A stretch of 64,000 nucleotides of DNA from a virus. Positions 47,465 through 56,428 of the stretch are shown here, in pieces. The notes beneath the pieces are model-generated. The model saw nothing but the letters and a program-made list of their open reading frames with translations. It searched no databases and was not told the origin of the DNA. The number at the start of each line of letters is the position of its first letter. Position 1 is the first letter of the stretch. Where the stretch lies: positions 6,980 through 70,979 of the IMG/VR virus record IMGVR_UViG_3300047335_000079; one strand, written 5' to 3'. Position numbers and translations under genes: made by a program.

Positions 47465-48934
47465 ATGTCTTTTGAGAACATGCCCTCGGCGCTTCTGGAT
47501 ATCTTCCAGCAAAACATGCTGGACCGCGCATTCCAGGAGTCCCTTGAAGCCATCAACGTCTTTCGGCGCACCACGTATAAGCTTCCGCTCCCCGTTCGCT
47601 CGGGCGAGCAGATGATCTATACCCGCGCTGGCAAAATCTCGCCAGTGTTCGAGGACCTCGCGCCTTCGGTCAACGTCCCGCTGGACAACGGCCTTACGCA
47701 AGGTGGCGTTGGCACGGCCAACCCTGCCCCGTACCCCTTCGAGCAGTTCTCGGTCACCATCGGCATGCTGCCGGGGTCGCCGATTGACCTGAACCTCGTG
47801 CAGAACCAAGAGACCATCGCGTCGTTGTTCGCTCAGAACATGATCGAACTCGGCGAGAACGCGGCTCTCTCGATGGACCTGCGCGCAATTCGCGTTGCTC
47901 TGCAAGCCTATGAGGGTGGCAACACTTTCGCGACGGCTGCGAGCGCGGGCACGGGCCCAACGACCGTTACGGTTGACAACGCCATTGGCTTCGCCACGGC
48001 GTTCGCGACTGCGACGTTCCAGAACGGCGCGACCTTCCCCTATGGCCTGCCAGCGCTGGTGTCGAGCGGCAACCCGCTCGCGGCGGTGCTCAACCATGCG
48101 GGTACCAAGACCAATATCTCGGTTATCGGTGTGGCGTATGACAACGCCTCGGTCGGTGCCAACGGACTGCCCACAAACGTCACGGGCGCGAACAACTCCT
48201 CGATGGCGGCTAACGGCCTCAACGCGGGTTGGAGCGGCACGCTGACGATTTCGGGCGCGGTCACGATTGACGAAGGTGACAGCATCAGTGCTGTTGACGG
48301 CTCGGCCATTCTGCGCCCGAACGGCAAGCTCACGCGCTATGCGATGGATGCCTCTGACACCATCGGTGCTCAGTTGGTCATCAACGCGGTCGCGGCGCTT
48401 CGTCGGAACGGCGTCAAACCTCCGCTGTCGGACGGCACGTATCCGTGCTATATCGACCCGGTTGTGGACGCTCAGTTCTTCACTGACCCGCAGTACCAGA
48501 TCATGAGCCAAGGGCAAGTCGCTTCGGCGGACTTCCACAACGCTCGGGTCTCGCGGAACTTTGGTGTGACGTTCATCCCGACGACCAACCTCCCGGCCTA
48601 CACCCTCACCAACCACGCAGCCGTGTCGCTCACGACCCGCCGCGCGCTGGTCTGCGGTGAGAAATGGCTCCAGGAGTCGCCGTTCGCGGGCGTGGGCCCT
48701 GCGATTGCCTCGCTCCCCGATATGGGTGTGGCGGACTACCGTGTGGTCGATGACATTGTGTTCGTCAACCGCATGCCGCTGGACCGTGCCGGTCAGATTC
48801 TCTCGGCCATGTGGTACTGGATTGGCGGGTTCGTCGTCCCGACGTTCGCGACCATCACTCCAGCCGTCATCCCGACAGCGACTGCCGCGCGGTACAAATC
48901 CGCCGTCATCATCGAAGTCGCGAGCGCGAGCTAA
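47465..48934 (+). CDS. Major capsid protein
   Basis: 489 aa after the scaffold; AGGAG RBS; strongly biased codon usage; YPCYIDP...QFFTDP. Confidence 0.8.
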   Translation: MSFENMPSALLDIFQQNMLDRAFQESLEAINVFRRTTYKLPLPVRSGEQMIYTRAGKISPVFEDLAPSVNVPLDNGLTQGGVGTANPAPYPFEQFSVTIGMLPGSPIDLNLVQNQETIASLFAQNMIELGENAALSMDLRAIRVALQAYEGGNTFATAASAGTGPTTVTVDNAIGFATAFATATFQNGATFPYGLPALVSSGNPLAAVLNHAGTKTNISVIGVAYDNASVGANGLPTNVTGANNSSMAANGLNAGWSGTLTISGAVTIDEGDSISAVDGSAILRPNGKLTRYAMDASDTIGAQLVINAVAALRRNGVKPPLSDGTYPCYIDPVVDAQFFTDPQYQIMSQGQVASADFHNARVSRNFGVTFIPTTNLPAYTLTNHAAVSLTTRRALVCGEKWLQESPFAGVGPAIASLPDMGVADYRVVDDIVFVNRMPLDRAGQILSAMWYWIGGFVVPTFATITPAVIPTATAARYKSAVIIEVASAS

Positions 48935-48937
48935 CTA

Positions 48938-48985
48938 GGAGTTGGGTCACCACTGATGTAGAAGTCAGTGGTGACCTAGTTCTTG
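48938..48985 (+). terminator. ~20 bp hairpin downstream of the capsid gene
   Basis: AGGAGTTGGGTCACCACTGAT-GTAGAA-GTCAGTGGTGACCTAGTTCTT. Confidence 0.65.
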
Positions 48986-48996
48986 GAGACAACTAA

Positions 48997-49239
48997 ATGG
49001 CTTTAGACGCATCCGCCCACCCTGGGACCCCCGCGTTCAACCCAGAATACACTGCCACGACCCTCGCGGGTACGGGGCCTGCTGACATTGCGGGGCTCAC
49101 GGACACCAACTTGGTGACCCCACTTTCTTCGTTTGGCTACGTCTACGGTGGCCAAGCCCTCTCGTTTCAGAAAAGCATGCCTCGCATCGTTGACCCTGCG
49201 CTGAAAGCGGAGCTTCTGGCTGCTGGATTGGTGGACTAA
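48997..49239 (+). CDS. Small virion-associated protein
   Basis: GGAG RBS, directly after the capsid gene. Confidence 0.6.
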   Translation: MALDASAHPGTPAFNPEYTATTLAGTGPADIAGLTDTNLVTPLSSFGYVYGGQALSFQKSMPRIVDPALKAELLAAGLVD

Positions 49240-49529
49240 TGCCTGGAGAGTCAATGGGTGCAGACGGGGCGTTTATGGAAACGCTTCTTCGTAGCCAGCA
49301 AATGCGCGAGTACGTCGAGCGCGGGCACATGGGCGAAGCCACCGACCTTGAAATCAAGCCGCCTAAGAAAGGCACCAAGCACGTCGCCTGGATTCTTGTT
49401 CGCGACTGCACGGCTGTGTCTGATGGCTCGGGTCCGATTCGCTTTAAGGCTGGATATCGCGTCACCGATCTCGCGGTGAAAAAGATGCTCGAAGGCGCGG
49501 GAGCCAAACTCAAACCAACGGCGGCGTAA
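49239..49529 (+). CDS. Hypothetical protein
   Basis: TAATG coupling. Confidence 0.6.
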   Translation: MPGESMGADGAFMETLLRSQQMREYVERGHMGEATDLEIKPPKKGTKHVAWILVRDCTAVSDGSGPIRFKAGYRVTDLAVKKMLEGAGAKLKPTAA

Positions 49530-49532
49530 GCC

Positions 49533-50363
49533 ATGCTGTTGGAAATGGACAAAGCTGCAATTCGCCGCCATCTTGGCATCGCGTTTGCGGGCATCGGGGG
49601 CTTTCAGGACACTATTGGGATTCGCACGGTCACACGTGCGGGCCAATTAGAGTGGTACATGAACGCACTCCAGCCGCCCGAGGAGTCCATTTTACTTGGT
49701 GCTCCGTTTGGTCAGGCACTGCTCTTTGGGCCAGTTGTCTTGAACCAAGTGCTGGGCTTCACCATCACGACCAACCTCACGGCAGTGTCCCCGTATTCAC
49801 CGACCGTGTGGCCGACGATCTTTTACACCGTCACGCAAGACGACTTGAATTCGCAGTACCCATTGGCCCAAGTTGCAGCGAACGCAGCACTCGCAATCAA
49901 CCAGGCGGGCACGGGCGTCATCTGTGCGACGGGCAAAATCTCAACTGCCGACGCCAACATTGGCGGCTATCCGGGCTTTGCTGAAATGTACTTCATGGCT
50001 GCGAACCGCCAGACGTTTCAACTCGTTACCACGGGCCCGCTGCAACTGGGTGCTGATGGTACGGTGCTCCCGTATCCGCAGTTGTCCGTTGAGTCAGAGA
50101 CTTCGGCGACCAACACCGTGTACAGCGGGATGCTCCCTCTGTGCAACTACCTTGAATCTTCGATGTACGGTGTCGATGCGCGGCTTGCCTTCTGGCAGGC
50201 TGGTGCCAGTTCAACTGGTCAGGTGAACTTCAATCGCATGGAGCTTCGCCAGCGCCAGGCGCTGTATCGCTATACCGTTCGCCAAATGGCCGTCTTGCTT
50301 GGATTCACCCTCGGGGAGCACCAAGGCGTCGGGCCTCAGGCCTACGGTATTCCTGGTACGTAA
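49533..50363 (+). CDS. Head-tail adaptor (head completion) protein
   Basis: DKAAIRRHLG...ELRQRQALYR...LG; synteny. Confidence 0.6.
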   Translation: MLLEMDKAAIRRHLGIAFAGIGGFQDTIGIRTVTRAGQLEWYMNALQPPEESILLGAPFGQALLFGPVVLNQVLGFTITTNLTAVSPYSPTVWPTIFYTVTQDDLNSQYPLAQVAANAALAINQAGTGVICATGKISTADANIGGYPGFAEMYFMAANRQTFQLVTTGPLQLGADGTVLPYPQLSVESETSATNTVYSGMLPLCNYLESSMYGVDARLAFWQAGASSTGQVNFNRMELRQRQALYRYTVRQMAVLLGFTLGEHQGVGPQAYGIPGT

Positions 50364-51115
50364 TGTCCGTCAAGGTTGTAGACAACGCCCTGCGCCAAGC
50401 GCTGGGCCAGGGCGTGCCTGTCATTGCAGAAACGTACCAAGTCTATCGGCTCTCATCTACTTCAACTGGCCAGTACATGGCACCAGAGAATCTGGTCATT
50501 CCGTATTTTCAAGCCCGTATTGTGTTCAAGCCACCCTCTGTCCTTGCTGAGCAAATCATGCTCTACAAGATGTACTATTCAGGTATGTGCGACACAAGAA
50601 GCTTGCAAATCGGCGATGTGTTAGTTCAAACGGGCCCGCAGTTAACGGGCATTCCCGATGGCCGCATCTTTGTGCTTGCAGATGTTCAGCCCCTGCTTGC
50701 ACCCTTATTCATTCGTACCGAAGTGCCTGGCTCGATCTCACGCCCTCACTCGCCCTCGCAAGAAGCAGAACCCCTCTTGGGTGACGGCGGTGAGGCTCGC
50801 GTGACCAAAGAGACTGAGTGGCTGCTCACGCTCAACAACGGGCTGTTTGACTTCACCCCTACGGGACCCGCTTGCACGGTACCACTGGGTATTGCCCTGC
50901 GTGAACGTGGTGGCTCGGCGCAAGAGTTGAAATACCCAACCGCTGCTCCACGCGGCGAATACGATTGCTTCATTCCTGAGTTGCCTGGTTACCAAGCCCA
51001 GGTGAACGATATGCTCTCTGACGCGCACGGCAATCGCTTTCGCATTACCGTCGTCGTGCTCTATGATGTTGGTGTGCGTGGCTGGCAGTGCCGTGCGGAG
51101 ACCATGTTTATCTAA
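50363..51115 (+). CDS. Head closure / neck protein
   Basis: LQIGDVL...D.HGNRF.I; synteny. Confidence 0.55.
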   Translation: MSVKVVDNALRQALGQGVPVIAETYQVYRLSSTSTGQYMAPENLVIPYFQARIVFKPPSVLAEQIMLYKMYYSGMCDTRSLQIGDVLVQTGPQLTGIPDGRIFVLADVQPLLAPLFIRTEVPGSISRPHSPSQEAEPLLGDGGEARVTKETEWLLTLNNGLFDFTPTGPACTVPLGIALRERGGSAQELKYPTAAPRGEYDCFIPELPGYQAQVNDMLSDAHGNRFRITVVVLYDVGVRGWQCRAETMFI

Positions 51116-51477
51116 TGATTACCGCAATCATCGCAGACGACGCCAAGCTCATGCGTGATCGCTGTATTCAAGTCTGCCGCAACACCAGAGTCGTTGAAGT
51201 TATTGGTGAGGCTGAGACCGGCCAAGAAGCCTATGACTTAGTGCATAAATTGAAGCCGGAGTTGCTGCTCACCGACGTGCAAATGCTCCAGATGACGGGG
51301 CTTGAAGTGGCGCGCAAACTCGCCGCCGAGGGCAGCGAAACCAAGATTATCCTCGTCACTTCAATGGCCCAGAAGGGCTCGGGCGGGGACGAGTTCTTGC
51401 GGCTCATCAAACCGTTCCATGCCTTGCAAATGCAGGCGCTCTTGTGGCAGTTGTTCGGCGAGCGGGCGCGTGCCTAG
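51115..51477 (+). CDS. Stand-alone CheY-like response regulator receiver
   Basis: IIADD, GEAETGQEA, KPELLLTDVQM (phospho-Asp), MTGLEV, IILVTS, IKPF; TAATG coupling. Confidence 0.9.
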   Translation: MITAIIADDAKLMRDRCIQVCRNTRVVEVIGEAETGQEAYDLVHKLKPELLLTDVQMLQMTGLEVARKLAAEGSETKIILVTSMAQKGSGGDEFLRLIKPFHALQMQALLWQLFGERARA

Positions 51478-52294
51478 TTTAGACACCATCCTGACGGATT
51501 TGAAAAACGATCTCGTTCAGGCGCTCCAACCCTATCAGCCAAACCTGCCGCCGCTGTATCCCAACGCGGACCCGCGCGCGGGCGCTATTCCGCCTACGCT
51601 CATTACGATTGGCGAGGTCAACCAGTACCCAACGCTTGAAAGATTAGAGAATCATTACGCGCAGGTCACCATGTACTTTCAGCATGGTCGCTCCTCGCCG
51701 ATGCCCTACATCAACAATACGGCGACGTTCCAGACTCCTCTCCTTGGCTCGCCGTCGAGTGGCATTCGCTACATGCCGTTTGCGCGCATGACAAAGCAGG
51801 TCTACATTGAGGTGTGGAGTTACGACTCCCCCACCCGTGACGCCATTGCCCTGCTTATCCACCAGCACTTGGGCGACTACTATCGCATCATCAACAGCGT
51901 AGATAAAACGGTTGAACTTTTCGTTTTTGAAGCTCGGGACGATGAGGATATGGAGCAGTTGGACTCGGTGTATGTCGCTGAGTTCACCTATCGCTGTGAC
52001 TTCATGCAAACCGTCGAGGACGATATCACCGTCGTCGAACAGGTCGAGGAGCGCCTTACCACCCCGGCTGAAGAGATCATTTCAACCCTGCCGAAGGATA
52101 CGCTCAACATCATCGCCGGTGAAACCGCCGTGGCCGGTGGCGACGAGGTGGTCACCCCCGTTACCCGGCCTATTGAAGAGACCGATACGGCGTCGAATTG
52201 GCAAGAGGCGTCTGCTCTTTTGCGGGGCATTGCCGACTCGTCCATCAACATCACTGAAACGGCTACCACGCCAGGAGACACCCCGACTCTATGA
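51470..52294 (+). CDS. Tail terminator/completion-like protein
   Basis: GTG start overlapping the receiver gene; IEVWS..SP.RDAI; precedes the sheath. Confidence 0.55.
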   Translation: MPSLDTILTDLKNDLVQALQPYQPNLPPLYPNADPRAGAIPPTLITIGEVNQYPTLERLENHYAQVTMYFQHGRSSPMPYINNTATFQTPLLGSPSSGIRYMPFARMTKQVYIEVWSYDSPTRDAIALLIHQHLGDYYRIINSVDKTVELFVFEARDDEDMEQLDSVYVAEFTYRCDFMQTVEDDITVVEQVEERLTTPAEEIISTLPKDTLNIIAGETAVAGGDEVVTPVTRPIEETDTASNWQEASALLRGIADSSINITETATTPGDTPTL

Positions 52295-52509
52295 AATACC
52301 TCGTCCGCCACGGCTTCCTAAAACACAAGCCAGGAGACCTCCTGGACAAGGACCCCGGTCGCCATTGGCGGGACCGGAACTTTGTCATGGCCGTGGATAT
52401 GGAAGAAACGGTAAAACTTGAGAGTAAAACCGAGCCCGAAGTCAAACCAAACAGAGACCGCGTTCGCACCTTCCGTGAGCGCAATCCAGTGCCGGAGCAG
52501 ACCGACTAA
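52291..52509 (+). CDS. Small pre-sheath protein
   Basis: YLVRHGF...PGDL; coupled on both sides. Confidence 0.55.
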   Translation: MKYLVRHGFLKHKPGDLLDKDPGRHWRDRNFVMAVDMEETVKLESKTEPEVKPNRDRVRTFRERNPVPEQTD

Positions 52510-54395
52510 TGGCCCAAGTTATCTATGGTAATGTGAACCCTTCTGGGCTCATCTTAGACGACGTTTATATTGCCGTCCTGGCTCCGGGCGCTGTCTCGGG
52601 CAACAACAACGAGAACTACAACGGCGGCTGCGTCGGCGCGGCTGGCTGGGGCCCTAAAAACTCCCCACAATTTTGCTATACACCACAGGACCTAGTAGCG
52701 ACTTACGGCGTCCCGATTAACTCGGGCTTTGACGTTGTACAAGAAGGCGCGCTTTTCCTCGCTCAGGCCCCCATTGGTGGTGTGTATGCTGTTCGAGTCA
52801 CCGATAACACGGATACAGCGGCTACGGGCTTTCTGCCTGACTCCTCTGCCGCTCACGGTGTGAACCTCACGGGTAAGTACACGGGCTCGTATGGCAACAC
52901 GATTCGCGTCGTGCTGACCCCCGGCACCAACTCCACGAGCGGCACGCCGACGTGGAAAGTTGTCGTTCAACTCGGCTCCAACCAGCCTGAAACTTTTGAC
53001 CGCATTCCCCAGGGCACTGGCGGTGCGGTTTGGGCGAACATTGCTGCGGCGATTAATAACACGATCACCGGCTCGCAGTACATCATCGCCGCTCTCCCCG
53101 GCACCCCCTCGACGCTTAACCCTGGTGCCGCTGGCGCTTCGGTGACGCTCTCGGGCGGCACTGACGGTGCGGCGCTGGACGATGCAAATGTCCCGCCCGT
53201 TGCTGCGACGGGCACGTTTACCTTTGCAACGTATGACGCGGGCCAAGTGCTCGAAGTCTTTGTCGGCGGCATCCCCTACTCGTACACGCAAGCCACGGAC
53301 CTGCCGACCAGCGTTGCTGGTCTTGCGGGTGTCATTGGTTCGAGCGGAGTGACTACGGCCACGGCGAGCGGCGACGTTCTGACCTTGACTGCAAATACGC
53401 CAGGCGCGGCGGGCAACTCGATTTCAATCGACTGTGCGACGCCTCAGGGCACCACGACTGTCGTCAAGTCGGGCGCGTTTCTCACGGGCGGCGTTGACGC
53501 GATTCCGAACGTGCTCATCGGTCAAGACGGCAACGCTGGGGACCGCACGGGCATGTACACGCTTCGTGGCCTGCCAGGCCTCGATGTTGTGTGGCTGTGC
53601 GGCTTCCACGACTCGGAAAACTGGGCCACCATTGGTGAGTTCGCGCAGAGCGAACAGGCGACGGGCTTTGCGTCCTTTGCCCCCAACCAGACCGTCGCAC
53701 AGGTCGTATCGGCCAAACTTGAAGCGGAGCTTGACAGCCCGTATCTGGTCATGCTCAAAGATTGGGTCACGTATGCTGACTCGTTCTTGAACTTGAATGT
53801 CTCGGTTCCGCCTGCCTGCGTGGCGGCTGGTATCTCGGCGAGCCTTTCGCCGGAACAAAGCCCTGGCAACAAGGCGGTCAACGGCATCATCGGAACGGAC
53901 GCGACTCTGGGTGCGAACCCACAGCCGTACTCCAATTCGGACCTCTCGGTCCTGCAAGCCAACGGCATCAACCTCATCTGCAACCCCATCCCGCTGGGTC
54001 AGGTGTTCGGCCTGCGTCACGGGCTCAACACGTCGTCCAACTCCGGCACCAACGAGATTTCTTACTCGCGTAAGACCAACTCGATTATCCGTGACCTGTC
54101 CACTTTGCTGGGTCAGTTCGTGGATATGGTTCAGGGCACCTCGCCTCAGGACCCCGTGCGTCTGGCGGTCAACTCGACGCTGACGGGCTACTTCCAGCCG
54201 CAGGTCAAAGCGTTTGAGATCGACGCCTACACGGTCAAGTGCGACCTGACCAACAACTCGGTGGCCAACATCAAACGTGGCCTTCTGGTGGCGGACATTG
54301 CTGTTGCCTACATGAACGTGATCTCGAAGTTCATCGTGAACCTGACCGCTGGTCAGACGGTTACGATCTCCACTTCCTCGGTCACGAGTTCTTAA
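52509..54395 (+). CDS. Contractile tail sheath protein
   Basis: DVYI...VGAAGWGP.N.P, VRVTD.TD.AA, LSPEQSP.NK, L.ANGIN.I, CD.TNN. Confidence 0.9.
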   Translation: MAQVIYGNVNPSGLILDDVYIAVLAPGAVSGNNNENYNGGCVGAAGWGPKNSPQFCYTPQDLVATYGVPINSGFDVVQEGALFLAQAPIGGVYAVRVTDNTDTAATGFLPDSSAAHGVNLTGKYTGSYGNTIRVVLTPGTNSTSGTPTWKVVVQLGSNQPETFDRIPQGTGGAVWANIAAAINNTITGSQYIIAALPGTPSTLNPGAAGASVTLSGGTDGAALDDANVPPVAATGTFTFATYDAGQVLEVFVGGIPYSYTQATDLPTSVAGLAGVIGSSGVTTATASGDVLTLTANTPGAAGNSISIDCATPQGTTTVVKSGAFLTGGVDAIPNVLIGQDGNAGDRTGMYTLRGLPGLDVVWLCGFHDSENWATIGEFAQSEQATGFASFAPNQTVAQVVSAKLEAELDSPYLVMLKDWVTYADSFLNLNVSVPPACVAAGISASLSPEQSPGNKAVNGIIGTDATLGANPQPYSNSDLSVLQANGINLICNPIPLGQVFGLRHGLNTSSNSGTNEISYSRKTNSIIRDLSTLLGQFVDMVQGTSPQDPVRLAVNSTLTGYFQPQVKAFEIDAYTVKCDLTNNSVANIKRGLLVADIAVAYMNVISKFIVNLTAGQTVTISTSSVTSS

Positions 54396-54419
54396 GAGGG
54401 GAACGTCTAAGAGACTATC

Positions 54420-54899
54420 ATGGCACAACAGAACGTAGGCCGCGACCTCACAATCTCGTTTAGCATCGGTGGCGTTTCCGTTGCGGACTTCGGTCTGTAC
54501 ACCGACACGCACTTCCAGCCCCAGTGGACGGAAGTTCGCACGCGCCCGACGAACAACAACGGCATCCCGGAAGCCCGTTCGGTGTTTGGCGGCTACGATG
54601 TGACCATCGCGTTTGACCGTGTGAACGGTATCGCGGAATCGCTCATTCAGTTCTTCGAGGACAACTGGATTGCGGGTAACCCCGACGTGGCCGTTAACCT
54701 CTACGTCACCATCCGCAACTCGGACGGCACGACCGATCAAATCGTCTACTCCGAAGGCATCATGTACCCCACGGACGGTGGGTCGTACAAGGGCACGGAT
54801 GTGGTCCCGATGACGTTCAAATGCTTCTTCAAGAGCCGCACGACCCTCTCGGCGGCTGCGGCGTCCTTCTCGGGAGCAGCACTCACCTTCGCGAGCTAA
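54420..54899 (+). CDS. Tail tube protein
   Basis: 159 aa directly after the sheath; NVGRD...FDR. Confidence 0.8.
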   Translation: MAQQNVGRDLTISFSIGGVSVADFGLYTDTHFQPQWTEVRTRPTNNNGIPEARSVFGGYDVTIAFDRVNGIAESLIQFFEDNWIAGNPDVAVNLYVTIRNSDGTTDQIVYSEGIMYPTDGGSYKGTDVVPMTFKCFFKSRTTLSAAAASFSGAALTFAS

Positions 54900-54978
54900 G
54901 TCCCTTAGAAAGTTTCGTTAGGGAGTGGTATAATGAGTCTGATGTAAAGTCAGGCTCATTTGCCTTTTAGGAGAGAAC

Positions 54979-55452
54979 TTGCCCGCTACCGTCAAAGTGA
55001 AGCCCGTCGCAGCCCCTGAGGCCGATGCGGCTCCCGAGAACCCAACGTCGTTCACCATCCAACTGTCCAACGGCTCGATGGTGACCTGCCACAAACCCAC
55101 GACGGTCCTCAAACTGCGCCTGCGGCGCATACTCTCGAAAGAAGAGTTAGAGGACAACGAGCTTCGTGAGATCGCAAAGGCGCTGCTTTGCATCACGGAC
55201 TTCGATGGTATTAAACCGCCACTTCGCACGCCAGCGGAGTTCGAGATTTTCCTCTCGCGCTTCTCCACCGATGACGACGTGGACCGCTTCATGAGTGAGT
55301 GGCAGAAGCTCAACTACCCCGACGTGTATGACGCCCTCACGGCGGCGGTCAGCGAGGGCACGGAGCAGGGGCTCTATGGAACGGAGCTTGAGTCCTTTGT
55401 CGCGGCCAAGATTCAAACCTTGGCTCGGGAGCGCGCTGAGCAGGTAAAATAG
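54979..55452 (+). CDS. Tail assembly chaperone (G)
   Basis: Between tube and tape measure; ends ...CAG GTA AAA TAG. Confidence 0.7.
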   Translation: MPATVKVKPVAAPEADAAPENPTSFTIQLSNGSMVTCHKPTTVLKLRLRRILSKEELEDNELREIAKALLCITDFDGIKPPLRTPAEFEIFLSRFSTDDDVDRFMSEWQKLNYPDVYDALTAAVSEGTEQGLYGTELESFVAAKIQTLARERAEQVK

Positions 55453-55673
55453 TAGCGCTCGACCCGGAGTTCTCGTCCATTGCGTCGTTGGCGACCCCGA
55501 CGCTGGCCGAGGTGCGAGCGATGGACCCTATCGAACGGGACGCCTTTAACATCGTCAAGGGACAGATGCAGGGCGATGAGTACCTTTGGGACGCCGTGTG
55601 GTACACCCCAGAGGGCGAGCAGGTCATCGGGGGCTGGAAGTCTCAGATTGAGAAACACGGAAACTCTGCCTAG
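55446..55673 (+). CDS. Tail assembly chaperone -1 frame extension (T)
   Basis: The -1 frame is open from the slip site: KIVALDPEFSSIASL...MDPIERDAFNIVKGQMQG...W. Confidence 0.6.
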   Translation, partial: KIVALDPEFSSIASLATPTLAEVRAMDPIERDAFNIVKGQMQGDEYLWDAVWYTPEGEQVIGGWKSQIEKHGNSA

Positions 55674-55707
55674 AAGATTGGGTGGCCCCACCCTGAAGTC
55701 CTAGACA

Positions 55708-56424
55708 ATGTACACCACTATGTCGATGGACCAGTTCGTCGATAAAGTCATGACGATGAAGGGCACGTTCTCCGACCCCAACTTGCTCAAGAACGCCGCT
55801 CGCGCGGCTCTTGTTGAGGTCAAAGACGAGCTTCGGCATCGCTTTGGTGTATACCCCGCCATCGTCCCGGCTGGCTTTGAGCCCTGGCAGCAACTGCGCT
55901 ACAAGACCAAGTGGAATCGCCGTAAACTTGGATTCCCCGCCAACCAGCCTTTGCTGCGTACTGGTGCACTCAAGAACTCGTACCAAATCACCGAGATTGA
56001 CGGCAACCCCGCTCTCGGCTCAAACTCTGACTACGCCCAAATACAAGAAGAAGGCTCGGGCTCTATTGCTCGTCGCCTTCGTGGCATCAAGGCCGTGGGC
56101 GGCGGTGCCGCTATTGGTGCAAAGCACGCCGCAAACCAAGTCGCGTCGATGGGCATCCCGCCCCGTTCGACCATCGGTATTGCCTTTGCCAAGCGAGAGA
56201 GCCGTGCATTCGATAAGGCGCTGAAGTACATTCAGAAAAAGGGCGAGCTTCGCAACATCGACCTTGGCCTTGCCTTTGTCGAGAAGGGCGCAAGCATCGA
56301 CGCTAAGCGCTTTGCACGCGACCCCAACTATCGCCTCCTCGGCGACAAAAAGGCACCAGGAGAGGGCAAGTCGTTCAAGACGAACGACGCGGCACCTATT
56401 GGTAAAAAGGTCTACGGACGCTAA
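55708..56424 (+). CDS. Virion morphogenesis protein (neck/tail completion type)
   Basis: PLLRTGALKNS...GSNSDYAQIQEEG...IPPRS. Confidence 0.7.
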   Translation: MYTTMSMDQFVDKVMTMKGTFSDPNLLKNAARAALVEVKDELRHRFGVYPAIVPAGFEPWQQLRYKTKWNRRKLGFPANQPLLRTGALKNSYQITEIDGNPALGSNSDYAQIQEEGSGSIARRLRGIKAVGGGAAIGAKHAANQVASMGIPPRSTIGIAFAKRESRAFDKALKYIQKKGELRNIDLGLAFVEKGASIDAKRFARDPNYRLLGDKKAPGEGKSFKTNDAAPIGKKVYGR

Positions 56425-56428
56425 GTAG

